A stretch of DNA of 63,967 nt, filler included, from Chiloscyllium plagiosum (Eukaryota), in the NCBI RefSeq assembly GCF_004010195.1. It is 5 parts of one record of this genome, joined end to end, with 100 filler letters (N's around TTAATTAATTAA, not from the genome) between each part and the next. Parts side by side here need not be neighbours in the genome. Positions count along the whole stretch, not along the records: positions 1 to 20,731 come from NC_057714.1; 4 more parts are not named here. The stretch is one strand, 5' to 3'. The notes beneath the pieces were generated by a model. The model had not been told where the DNA came from and searched no databases. It saw only the letters and a list, made by a program, of their open reading frames with translations. Shown in pieces: positions 1 through 11,318 of the stretch. Numbering within the stretch: the stretch's first letter is position 1; each line of letters opens with the position of its first letter. The translations under genes and the position numbers were made by a program.

Positions 1-480
1 GATGTGGATGCTTTGGAGAGGGTTCAGAGGAGGTTTACCAGGATGCTGCCTGGACTGGAGGGCTTATCTTATGAAGAGAGGTTGACTGAGCTCGGACTTT
101 TTTCATTGGAGAAAAGGAGGAGGAGAGGGGCCCTAATTTGGGTGTACAAGATAATGAGAGGCATAGATAGAGTCGATAGCCAGATACTATTTTCCAGGGC
201 AGAAATGACTAACACGAGGGGTCATAGTTTAAGCTGATTGGAGGAAAGTATAGAGGGGATGTCAGAGGCGGGTTCTTTACACAGAGTTGTGAGAACATGG
301 AATGCGTTGCCAGCAGCAGTTGTGGAAGCAAGGTCATTGGGGACATTTAAGAGACTACTGGACATACATATGGTCACAGAAATTTGAGGATGCATACATG
401 AGGATCAGTGGTCGGCACAACATTGTGGGCTGAAGGGCCTGTTCTGTGCTGTGCTGTACTGTTCTATGTTCTATGTTCTA
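1..480 (+). mobile_element. CR1 LINE 3' end (ORF2 C-terminus, 3'UTR, (GTTCTAT)n tail)
   Basis: ORF 4..237 reads ALERVQRRFTRMLPGL..YEERL..LGLFSLEKRR, the CR1 ORF2 C-terminus. It ends in GGGCTGAAGGGCCTGT...GTTCTATGTTCTATGTTCTA. Confidence 0.92.
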
Positions 481-1185
481 AAACCACCCTATTATCCTTA
501 CAGATAACTGAGCTCTCCTTACAAATTTGTTTCTCCGTTTCCTGCTTACTGTTACGGGGTCTATAATACAATCCTAATAAGGTGATCATCCCTTTCTTAT
601 TTCTCAGTTCCACCCAAATAACTTCCCTGGATGTATTTCTGGGAATATCCTCCCTCTGCACAACTCTAATGCTATCCCTTATCAAAAACGCCACTCCCTC
701 TCCTCTCTTGCCTCCCTTTCTATCCTTCCCATAGCATTTGTATCCTGAAACATTAAGCTGCTAGTCCTGCCCATCCCTAAGCCATGTTTCTGTAATTACT
801 AGTAATTACTGATATCAAAGTCCCATATTCCTAACCATGCCCTGAGTTCTTCTGCCTTCCCTGCTAGGCCCCTTGCATTGAAATAAATGCAGTTTAATTT
901 ATTAGTCCTACCTTGTCTCTGCCTGCCCTGACTGTTTGACTCGCTTCTGTTCTCAACTGTACCAGTCTCAGATTGATCTCTTTCCCTGGATCCCCAACCA
1001 CCCACCTTTCTAGCTTAAATCTTCCTGAGCAGCTCTAGCAAATCTCCCTGCCAATATATTAGTCCCCTTCCAATTTAGGTGCAATCCGTCCTTCTTGTAT
1101 AGGTCATTTCTACCCCAAAAGAGATTCCAATGATCCAAAAATGTCAATCCTTCTCCCATACACCAGCTCTTCAGCCATGCATTAT
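481..1185 (-). mobile_element. CR1 fragment: end of esterase ORF1 and start of ORF2 AP endonuclease
   Basis: Minus ORFs read DLYKKDGLHLNWKGTNIL (SGNH block V), then LNCIYFNARGL..ELRAW and VELRNKKG..LGLYYRP (APE). Same family as 40680-41289. Confidence 0.9.
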
Positions 1186-1879
1186 CCTTAAAGAAAATAG
1201 AACTGCCTAACATCTAACTCACTTCTTTTATTGTATAATGTGTGCATATGAAGCCTGGTCCTTGCTGAGCTGATTGAAATAATTTGATACTGTGTACCTA
1301 ATCAAGTCCCCTCATTAACTTATCAACCTCAATTAATCACCTCAGAGTTGACAACACTTAAGTTTATGGACATTTCTGTTATACCCTATCTGGTTAGTTA
1401 AGACACTCCAATGTGTAAATTAAACTTGTCATGCCACTCAAACTCTTTTATGCAGTTTTAATAACAGTTGTGTGTGAGCAGACCTGTGCTGTAGACCTTA
1501 TGATTCCAGATCAAAGCTGGTCCAGGTATTATAAATTAAGTGACTATACAAGAAAAAAATGTTGTAAATTTAGTTTTATCTTGGAAAATACTGAATAAAT
1601 AAGTAGCACCTTAATTTCTTCAATTATTCTTTTGTGGGTATGGGCCTTTATAGAATTGTTCTGATGCCAGCAGCACACAAACCTCCTGCTGCATGTTCAT
1701 GAAATGATTTTTCAATGCAGTAAGAACTAAGCATAGCTGTGTGTCTGCACATCTAAACAGGAGGTGAACAACAGCGAGAAGCCAGCACCATTTAAAGTTA
1801 GACTGCATCTCTTAAATGGAGGGTACTTGCAGGCTACAAGTGCTGGAACCAGTTGTAGAAGAGAGAGGAAACAATGCCT

Positions 1880-2520
1880 CCGCAAAATAGCAGAGACCAG
1901 GCTTACAAGATTTTCTGATGCTGCACTAAAGGCTTTGGTGGAAGAGGTGCGGGGAGAGGTGGGGTGGAGAGACATTATCTATCAGCAGGGGCTCAAGAGG
2001 ACATTGCTAAGAAAGTATTTGGAATAGATAGGAGTGGCCCCTAATGCTAATGTTTTAGCTCCAAGGGCCTGGATACAATGCCAAAAGAGGTTCAATGACA
2101 TCCTATGAGTTGATAGTAAATACTTTATTTCACTAACTGCACCACTTGTCTCACAGACTATTCAGTATAATACAGCATTAACAACCACCTACAAAGAAAC
2201 ACAAACAATCGTGACTCAAGTGTAACATTCATATGCCCTACTTCATCCTCATGCATATTGCATTGCTGCAAGCCTCACACTCCCATCTTGTTCCCACTGC
2301 CAGCTATTCAACCAGACCAGCCACAACAACCAGTAACATTGCACTGCATTTACTGTCACACTTCTTTCTCTATTGCTAGATAAGGTAGCTCATATGTGAG
2401 AGAAACAGGGACCAACTGCTAGGGACAGACATGGCTAACATGTCCATTGAGGAGACAGGTGATTGTGAGCACTGATAAGCAATGGTTGAGCAGTGCTGAA
2501 AACATTGAAGACGATGGCAT
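1880..2520 (+). mobile_element. Degenerate Harbinger-type Myb/SANT DNA-binding gene (exon-intron remnant)
   Basis: Reads RLTRFSDAALKALVEEV...YLE*IGVAPNANVLAPRAWIQCQKRFNDIL*, a Myb/SANT trihelix pattern. A putative acceptor (cttctttctctattgctag) at ~2379 is followed by KVAH. Confidence 0.65.
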
Positions 2521-3089
2521 GCTGTACATAATCATGATTCTCAGAACTGCTTCCCCCTCATCCCAGAGTACGGATGATGTAAGCATGTATATTTTGCTTT
2601 TTCCATCCCTTCAATATAATCCCACCCTGTGACTTGCACCATTCAGATATCTAAGCTCACAACCTGACCAGACAGTGGTGCAAGGGTGGAAGAGCAGGAA
2701 GTCAGTGGTGAAGAACCATCATTAATCATGCTCATGTTCACAGCCAGTAGCTCAAATAGGGATGGTGCATATCCTTAGAGGGTACCTTTGAGATGGGATC
2801 TTCACAAAGTGAGGCACCTAGCATAAATGTCCTGCAACTGGGGCAGAGAAGAAGCATACTGAAGATGACAAATGACAAACAGTGCTATCAAACGTTGGGG
2901 CATGATGAGGTCATAAAAGTTGCTAAAATAATGAAAACCTTTGTTTTCACTGAAAACTACTGACTAAGCAGATCCACAGCACAAATAATAACTTTCGGAA
3001 TGTCTCCAGAGTCAATCTGATGTAATAACCTGATGTGAATATGTCAATGGTTGCGAAAATAGTTATTAACAAAAAACGCTTATTAACAA

Positions 3090-3790
3090 AAGATGCCATC
3101 AGAGGCAGCAGGCGATGAAGAAGGCAAATGATACGTTGGCCTTCATAGCAAGAGGGTTTGAGTACAGGACCAGGATGTCTTGCTGTAGTTATACAGGGCC
3201 TTGGGGAGACTACTCCTGGAATATCTGTACAGTTTTGATCCCTTTAACTGAGGAAGGGTGTTCTTGCTAAAGAGGGAATGCCGTAAAGCTTTGCCAGACT
3301 GAGACCCGGGAAGGCGTCATTGGCCTGTGAGGAGAGATTGAATCGGTTCGGATTGTATCTGTTGAAATTCTATGCTTGGTTGGAGGTGGGGAGTGGGGAA
3401 GTGGAGGGGAGTTGGATCTCATAGAAACCTATTCAATTCCAACAGAATTAAACAGGGTAGTTGCAGGATGCTGGAAGAATGTTCCCAATGACAGGGTAAT
3501 CTGAAACCAGGGGTCACATTCTATGGATACGGGGTAAATCGTTTAGAACTGAGATGAGGAGAAATTTCTTCACCCAGAAAGTGCTATCACAGAAAGCAGT
3601 TGCAGCTGAAATATTGTATGACTTCAAGAAGGAGTTGGATATAGCACTTGGGGTTCAAAGGTTCAAAGGGTATGGGAAAAGTAGGAACAAGCTACTTGTT
3701 TGGGTGATCAGCCATGATCATAGTGAATGGTGGAGCTTGTTTGAAGGGCCGAATAGCATTTTCCTGCTCATATTTTTTGTGTATTCCACA
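3090..3790 (+). mobile_element. Old CR1 3' fragment
   Basis: Degenerate RRNFFTQKV...FKKELDIAL, followed by a CR1-type 3'UTR. Confidence 0.8.
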
Positions 3791-3974
3791 TGACAATGGA
3801 ATCCTCAATTATTAGAAACAATAAATAGAGAAAAACATTTCTCCAAATATTCCTTTTTCATCAAAGGAAAAATAAATTCCATACATTATTATTTGTAATC
3901 TCAAGTTACTCATTTGCATGATTTATAAAGAAAATAATCCAAAATGAACCAAACAACTGTTTGTTTATTCTTGT

Positions 3975-4346
3975 CATCTCACTTTTTTCTGTCTGGCCTT
4001 GCCAATGAGCAGCTCTTTAACTTGGTTAGCTTGTTTCCCAGAAGCACGACACTGGCTGATGTCAACCTTAATCTCATTTCTCATGTTTGAGCAAGAGAAA
4101 ACTTCTCTTGTCTTCCTTGGACTGGACCAAATTACTTGATGACCTGTATGGATGTACTTCAACATCTCTTTTCTCGTTTCTTTAGGGATAGAACATAGAA
4201 CATAGAAGAATACGCTGATGTCAACCTTAATCTCATTTCTCATGTTTGAGCAAGAGAAAACTTCTCTTGTCTTCCTTGGACTGGACCAAATTACTTGATG
4301 ACCTGTATGGATGTACTTCAACATCTCTTTTCTCGTTTCTTTAGGG
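3975..4346 (-). mobile_element. Gypsy pol fragment, integrase Zn-binding region (partly duplicated)
   Basis: IPKETRKEMLKYIHTGHQ..RKTREVF...MRNEIKVDISQC matches a decayed HHCC region. It continues the 7379-8170 pol fragment. Confidence 0.75.
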
Positions 4347-4372
4347 ATAGAACATAGAACATAGAAGAATAC
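4055..4372. repeat. Exact 159-bp direct tandem duplication (4055-4213 / 4214-4372)
   Basis: Two identical copies read directly, from GCTGATGTCAACC to AGAAGAATAC. Confidence 0.95.
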
Positions 4373-5005
4373 AGCGCAGTACAGGCCCTTTGGCCCTCGA
4401 TGTTGCACCGATCCAAGCCCACCTAACCTACACTAGCCCACTATCCTCCATATGCCTATCCAATGCCCGCTTAAATGCCCATAAAGAGGGAGAGTCCACC
4501 ACTGCTACTGCCAGGGCATTCCATGAACTCACGACTATCCGAGTAAAGAATCTACCACTAACACCTGTCCTATACCTACCACCCCTTAATGTAAAGCTAT
4601 GCCCCCTCGTAACAGCTGACTCCATACGTGGAAAAAGGTTCTCACGGTCAACCCTATCTAAACCCCTAATCATCTTGTACACCTCTACCAAGTCACCCCC
4701 AAACCCTCTTTTCTCCAATGAAAACAGCCCCAACTCCCTCAGCCTTTCCTCCTACGATCTTCCTACCATACCAGGCAACATCCAGGTAAACCTCCTCTGC
4801 ACCCGTTCCAGTGCCTCCACATCCTTCCTATAACATGGTGACCAAAACTGCACACAATACTCCAGATGCGGACGCACCAGAGTCTTATACAACTGCAACA
4901 TGACCTCAGTACTCCGGAACTCAATTCCTCTACCAATAAAAGCCAGTACGCCATATGCCTTCCTCACCGCACTATTTACCTGGGTGGCAACTTTCAAAGA
5001 TCTGT
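4347..5005 (-). mobile_element. Young CR1 3' end
   Basis: Reads LYKTLVRPHLEYCVQFWSP..DVEALERVQRRFT and GLFSLEKR..GRFFTR. The (GTTCTAT)n tail is at 4347-4370. Confidence 0.93.
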
Positions 5006-5029
5006 GTACAAGATCGCTCTGCTCATCCA

Positions 5030-5240
5030 TCAACATGGAAAGGTACTAAAACGTTTGGAATTACGTTTAAAAGCAGAGGAGAGAGAAAAAGAACGAATCA
5101 CTCTCAAAGAACAAAAAGAAATGGATAGAATCACTCCGGCATAGCAATAAACAATGGACAGGAAATCTCTTGCGAAGAAAAGGGAAAGAGAGAGAGAAGA
5201 AAACTTTAGAAATTGGCACTTCGACAGGAAAGTCAGCTTA
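5030..5240 (+). mobile_element. Gypsy gag-like coiled-coil fragment
   Basis: E/K/R-rich LKRLELRLKAEEREKERI; resembles the gag N-terminus at 58577-59030. Confidence 0.4.
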
Positions 5241-5289
5241 CAATGACGAAAGATTTTTTTAAATTAATCACTTCCTGAGATATTGAAAA

Positions 5290-6075
5290 CTTACGTGGTT
5301 TGAAGGGTGTCTGCTTCAACGCCAAAGCCATCCAAAACAAGGTGGAGGAACTTGCAGCATGAGTTAGTAAATGGAAATTCAATGTAACGGCCATTTTGGA
5401 GACATGGACAGGACAGGCACAGGAATGGTTTCTTCTGGTTCCGGGATGTATATGCTTCAGTAAGAACAGAGTAGAGAGTAAGAGAGGCAAAGGTGTGGCA
5501 TTGTTAGTGAAGGACAGTATTATGGTGGCAGATAGGACGTTTGATGACTTGTTTACTCTGGTTGTACGGGTTGAGGTTAGAAACAAGAAAGAATAGATCA
5601 CCCTGTCGGAAGTATTCTATAGGCCTCAGAAGAGTTCCAGAGATGTAGAGGAAAAGATAGCAAATATCATTCTAGATAGGAGCAAGATTAACAGGGTGTT
5701 TGTTACGGGGGAGTTGAGCTGTCCAAATTTTGATTGGAAAAATTGTAGTGCGAGTATTTTAGATGTGTCAGTTTGTGTCCAACGTGTGCAGGATGGTTTC
5801 CTGACACAGTATGTCGACAAACCAATCATAGATGATGCCACATTGCATTTGATACTGGGTAATGAAACTGGCCAGGTGTTAGATTTGAAGGGACGTAAGC
5901 ACTTCGGTGACAGTGGCCAAAATTCGTTAATGTTTGCTTCATCGATGGCAAGGGATGGGTGCATACCGTGGGCGAAAATTATAGCTGGGGGAAAGCCAAT
6001 TATGATGCGATTAGGCAAGATTTAGGATGCATAGGTTATAAAAATAAACTGCAGGGAATGGGCACAATTGAAATG
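5290..6075 (+). mobile_element. CR1 ORF2 AP-endonuclease fragment
   Basis: Motifs CFNAKAI, ETW, GKGVALLVKDS, YRP, PNFDW and FLTQYVDKP..LHLILGNE; frameshifted. Confidence 0.85.
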
Positions 6076-6089
6076 TGACGCTCAAAATT

Positions 6090-6545
6090 ACACCAATACC
6101 TTATCCCAATTGGAAAATTGCGCACTTGTGATTTCTTATCTGCTTTTTGTTTCATTGTATGCTGTGATACATTTCGCCAACTCTCCAGCTCTATTTAATC
6201 ATTCCTGACAATTTTCCACCTCGTCCAAATGGATGGTCTCTTAATTTGACTTCGTAATTTCTCCTTAATCGGTTTTAATGGTCCTCTTACTTCATATGCA
6301 AACATTAATTCAAATGGACTGAATTTGATCAATTCATTCGGTTCATCTTTGATCGCAAGAAGTGCAAACGGAACTACCTTATCCCAATCATCTGGATAAT
6401 CTTGAACATAAGCCCTTAACATGGTCTTCAGTGTTTGATGCCATCTCTCTAGTGGTCCGTGCGATTCCCGCTTGAATAGTTTGCATGTGAAGTTTGATTC
6501 TTGATCTGACTGGATCTCTATTGATAGTCCACGTCTAGTATTAGG
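6090..6545 (-). mobile_element. Gypsy integrase core/C-terminal fragment
   Basis: Motifs EIQSDQ, ERWHQTLKTMLRAY..DWDK..PF and FSPFELMF..EVRGPL. Confidence 0.8.
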
Positions 6546-6693
6546 ATGAGACGTGACTGTTCTGTTATGGCGCTTAAGAATTAGATATCCGCCTGGACAG
6601 ATCTGAAGTGACAGCTAAGAAGAACCAGGAGAAGACATAAGGAGTCTCTTGCAGATAGGATCAAGGAAAACCCTAAAACTTTCTACAGGTATA

Positions 6694-7213
6694 NNNNNNN
6701 NNNNNNNNNNNNNNNNNNNNNNNNNNNNNNNNNNNNNNNNNNNNNNNNNNNNNNNNNNNNNNNNNNNNNNNNNNNNNNNNNNNNNNNNNNNNNNNNNNNN
6801 NNNNNNNNNNNNNNNNNNNNNNNNNNNNNNNNNNNNNNNNNNNNNNNNNNNNNNNNNNNNNNNNNNNNNNNNNNNNNNNNNNNNNNNNNNNNNNNNNNNN
6901 NNNNNNNNNNNNNNNNNNNNNNNNNNNNNNNNNNNNNNNNNNNNNNNNNNNNNNNNNNNNNNNNNNNNNNNNNNNNNNNNNNNNNNNNNNNNNNNNNNNN
7001 NNNNNNNNNNNNNNNNNNNNNNNNNNNNNNNNNNNNNNNNNNNNNNNNNNNNNNNNNNNNNNNNNNNNNNNNNNNNNNNNNNNNNNNNNNNNNNNNNNNN
7101 NNNNNNNNNNNNNNNNNNNNNNNNNNNNNNNNNNNNNNNNNNNNNNNNNNNNNNNNNNNNNNNNNNNNNNNNNNNNNNNNNNNNNNNNNNNNNNNNNNNN
7201 NNNNNNNNNNNNN
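6694..7213. other. Assembly gap (N run)
   Basis: Run of N. Confidence 0.99.
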
Positions 7214-7378
7214 GCAAGTTCATCTACCTTATTTCATATACTTCTTGCATTGAAGTATACACACTTCAAGCCACTTTCCTGTTTACAGGCACCCTCCTTT
7301 GAGATTGATGCCATTTTCCTAACCTCCCTACACTCCAGGTCCTGCACCCTAAAGCTACAGTCTAGGTTCCCATGACCA
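7214..7378 (-). mobile_element. CR1 ORF1/ORF2 junction, probable 5' end of the copy ending at 4347
   Basis: KQESGLKCVYFNARSI is the start of the CR1 APE domain. Confidence 0.8.
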
Positions 7379-8170
7379 CTATTATCTTTATACAATATGT
7401 TATTGTAGGTTATCACTTCAACTCTGAATGTTAATACTGTCTCATAACACCAAGTGTGTCCTTGATAGTCAGAATATGCTTTCAACTCAACTTCCCCCAG
7501 CATTTGAAGAGTTGCTTCTCCATGTGTAGGTTGCTTGACTCCCAGAGCAGAGTGTATTGTTGCTTGAAATCACAGGATTTCACACTCAATAATAAACTCA
7601 TCAATTACTTTCAAAAGAAGTATACCAAGCATGTTTTCCTTGTTTGTACATCATCTCCAAATATATCTCTGCAAATTAAAATACATCATTGGAAGATACT
7701 TTGCAGCAAATAGATGCAATTTGAGAACGATGCTTTGAAATGGCTTGCGGTTCAATCCAACATTGTTTTCTCTCTTCCAAACAGCTACAGATAAAGATGC
7801 AAATAAATAACCAAGTACTCTTTCTCAAATTGCGCACAATGTCATTCTGTCTGCGTTAATACTCTGGATGCAAATGGAACTGCTGCATGAGGCCTGCTGC
7901 CAGTACTGTTTCACTGACATCACTATGGAGTTATTTTGTTCCTGTTATCATAGTACCTCACACTGGCATTGTCATCATTAGGTTACAATGCCAATGAAAG
8001 CAGCTACTTACTGTATGTCCCAATACTACTCTTTTGTAGTGAACTTGCATGGAAGCTCCCACTTTGATGAAAAATTAGCAATAACTTGGCTAAATAGTTC
8101 ATAAATCCATGACTTCTTTTCACCCATGTTGCTTGCTGCATCTCTGTTACAGCTTGGACCCTATCAGAAT
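7379..8170 (-). mobile_element. Degenerate Gypsy pol (RT C-terminus, RNase H, linker)
   Basis: Manual minus-strand translation gives GFMNYLAK, VRYYD, SDVSET, FASRVLTQTE*..AQFEKE and YNNILYK. Confidence 0.75.
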
Positions 8171-10507
8171 CAGAATAAATTCCTTTAGGTGTTGATATAT
8201 TACTTCAGTCACCGTATTTTTCTTCACCGTCAGTTTCACCCAGCAAGGTCTCTCTCTCCAGCTGTGTCAGTAGATTACGATTATAGTTTGTGTAGTTTCT
8301 TCCATTCTGTCTCCATATCTTTTGCAATGGAATTAAAGGTTGTTAGGAGTAGATGGAAGTGTCAAATTCAAATCACAAACTAACCAGTCATGATTTTACT
8401 GATTGACGGTGTAGGTTTGAGGGACCAAATGGCCTTCCGTTCCTAATTCATATATTCATAGATATGCAGATAATCCACAATTGCTTCTGTTCCTTAAAAA
8501 ACATGTCTGTGTCATACTGTCTGTTGACACCTTTCCATGGCAGTTGAAATACCAAACAAGGCCAATGGCGTCCAAGACGTAGTTAGGAAGCTATAGCTTT
8601 CATCCAACCTCACTTCATCCATCCCATGAGATCGAGAAACTGTTGGGGATGCCAGCTTAAACTGCCAGAGCGTCTGCAGTGCACTAACCAGTGAATTACA
8701 GGGTTAGCTCAATCAGCACATTCAGAAGTCAAATGGTACAAAGTGGAGGAACACCAGAGCCAACAAATAACCAATACCTCCAGCCATATGCTGCAGAGAG
8801 ACGTAGGAAATTACAGCGGTCAAGGAGCAGATAAAGATGTTATTCTTACTAGAGTCTCCTGGTAAACTGAGTTTACTGGGAGAGAGTTGAGCACACACTC
8901 CTTAATATTGTTGGAATTAAAGTCATGGAGAGCAGGGAATTGCTGTGCTTCTGAGGTTTTTCAATTTACCGGTGTTACATTGCAGGGCATTAACCTTTCA
9001 GACCTCAAAAGGGATTGAAGATCTTCCTTAGGCCTCTATGGTTGCTCAGCACCTCAGCCAGCTCCTGGCCATACCACTTTTGTCATGTCAGCTGCCTTCT
9101 ACTTCCCAATGTCCAGGGACACCATATTCCCAGGAGATGTCATTGAAACACAAATCTGCCGTTCCATGAATACCATTCATTTTACATCTTTCCCAATGGA
9201 TTCAATAGCTTCTGAGACACATTGCTTGCACTCACATTAGTATAGTGCCTGATGCCCTCAGCAATGGGCTCCATGCCATCCATTATATTTCTCCACCCAT
9301 TGTCTTGAATTATAGTGTGAGTTCCACAGCAGAAACATAAGTGTCCATCTCTCATAAGCTTTCACTGGTGGATACAATGCTGCAAATAATGGGTTTGAGA
9401 GTCACAATGTTTGCAACACACAAATTGTTTAAGTGCAGAAGATTTTGGCATCTCTTCCTATGTACAAATATAATGGGCTTTAATTGTTTTGAGCCAGCGA
9501 CCTGATTATTTGCTGTTAGTAAGCTAGCCCTTCATTCACTGCTACAGTCACAGATCTGACCATGGACAATGTATTATGCGTAGCTCCCATGATCGCTCCT
9601 GTGACTCCACTCTCCTCAGCTTTTCCAACAACCAAAGCCTCTCAATCTTGATTTACTAGGACTGTTAATGTTGCTTCATAAATGCCTGACAATATCTACA
9701 TTGATTATTATTGATAATAATTTTCTGATCTCTGTAGTTGTTGCTACCAGCAGGACGCTTGTGGCATTTTGGGGTATACCCATAGCCTCTAATTCCTTGT
9801 CTTATTTGCATTAATTAGTGAAACTCCTAATGCAGCGGAATTGCGCCTAATGTTTGATAATCAGTTTGTAAAATAACATAAGCCAAGGCATGGAGTCAGT
9901 TTTTCACAGTCAACCAAAATATTGAACATTTTTATAGAAGAAAAATAACCTGCCATGGGATGTCATAATAGCTTAAAAATAATGTAAGCAAGAATATATA
10001 GTGTTACTATTCCTCTACTACCACTCAAGCAGACACCAAAAATATGGATACGTTGCTTGTACTGGCAATGCAATAGAATATCAGGTACCTGGGAATGAGT
10101 TATAAGGCTGGACTCTAAGGGCTCAACTGACAGAAAAAGGAAAATTCATCAACTCCATTATGAAGCCAGAATGGGGAATTGGAGCCCACATTGTTTTCAT
10201 CTCATTTTCCACTTATGTTCTCTTTGAGCACAGTTGCCCACTGGAAGCATGAAATTGAAGGGGACAGATGGAATTAGAGATTGGAAGGCTATCCTAGAGA
10301 GAATTGCAACAAAAAACCCACTTTTTTTTGCTTGGAATGTTAAGGGATAGCAATGCAATATCTGAATTATATACAATGTGCTTGAAAATGTAAGTTTCAA
10401 TCAGATCTGCTTGCTGTGAGTCTCTGAAGGCTTTCTGGTTACAGTGGGTTGGATTGTGTGGGGCTCATGGGGTTCTTACCAGCTGATTGGATGCTATCAG
10501 GGACGCA

Positions 10508-10866
10508 TTCCTGATGAAGGGCTTTTGCCCGAAACGTCGATTTTCCTGTTCTTCGGATGCTGCCTGACCTGCTGTACTTTTCCAGCACCACTCTAATCTA
10601 AACTCTAGTTTCCAGCATCTGCAGTCCTCACTTTTGCCTAGATCATTTTAATCTTACTGTGAATCCTCTTGCAGGGATGCCTACCTTGAAGAAGCTCTCC
10701 TCCTCTGTCTACAAATATCTCAGCAAGTCTCTCTTTCACTGCAACCCCCAGGTCATCTCCTCTGCCCATTCCTGTTGAAGGGTTTTTGCCCGAAACATTG
10801 ATTTTCCTGCTCCTCGGATGCTGCCTGACCTGCTGTTCTTTTCCAGCACCACTCTAACCTAAACTA
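10508..10866 (+). mobile_element. Penelope-like terminal repeats in direct tandem (261-bp period) with hammerhead cores
   Basis: ATTCCTGATGAAGGGCTTTTGCCCGAAACGTC...CAGCACCACTCTAA occurs at 10508, with a mutated copy at 10769. Confidence 0.8.
10511..10538 (+). ncRNA. Minimal hammerhead ribozyme core (PLE-associated)
   Basis: CTGATGA + A + GGGC-TTTT-GCCC (stem II) + GAAA + CGTC (palindromic ACGT stem III, GTC cleavage triplet). Confidence 0.65.
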
Positions 10867-11104
10867 TGTGAAGGACTGATGAGTCAAATATACTTTAGAC
10901 ATTTAAGAGCCTGGTCCATTAATGAGGCCCCTGGTGGTGAAAGTCCTACATACTGAGAACAGAAGCTGGTAGCCACTGGTGGGCATCGCACCCACCAGGA
11001 ACTCAGGAGTACATTGGGACCTGAGAGTAAAGGTGAGTTGGCAGGGGTAGGCAGATTGGGAGCTGTGGAGTGGGAATTGTGTTGTGTTATGTCTCCTTGT
11101 AGCT

Positions 11105-11318
11105 GAAAATGTGTTGCTGGAAAAGCGCAGCAGATCAGGCAGCATCCAAGGAGGAGGAGAATCCACGTTTCGGGCATGAGCCCTTCTTCAGCCCTTCTTC
11201 GGGCTCATTTCTGAAACATCAATTTTCCTGCTCCTTGGATGCTGCCTGACCTGCTGCGCTTTTCCAGCAACTCATTTTCAGCTCTGATCTCCAGTATCTG
11301 CAGTCCTCACTTTCTCCT
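11105..11318. mobile_element. Penelope-like palindromic (inverted terminal) insertion
   Basis: Head-to-head copies of the PLE terminus. Imperfect 17-bp flanking duplication: TATGTCTCCTTGTAGCT (11088) / TATGTCTCTTCATAGTT (11319). Confidence 0.8.

Noticed and set aside
8500..9850. Possible Harbinger internal region or host exons
   Set aside because: No recognisable motif in any frame I read; cannot be supported.
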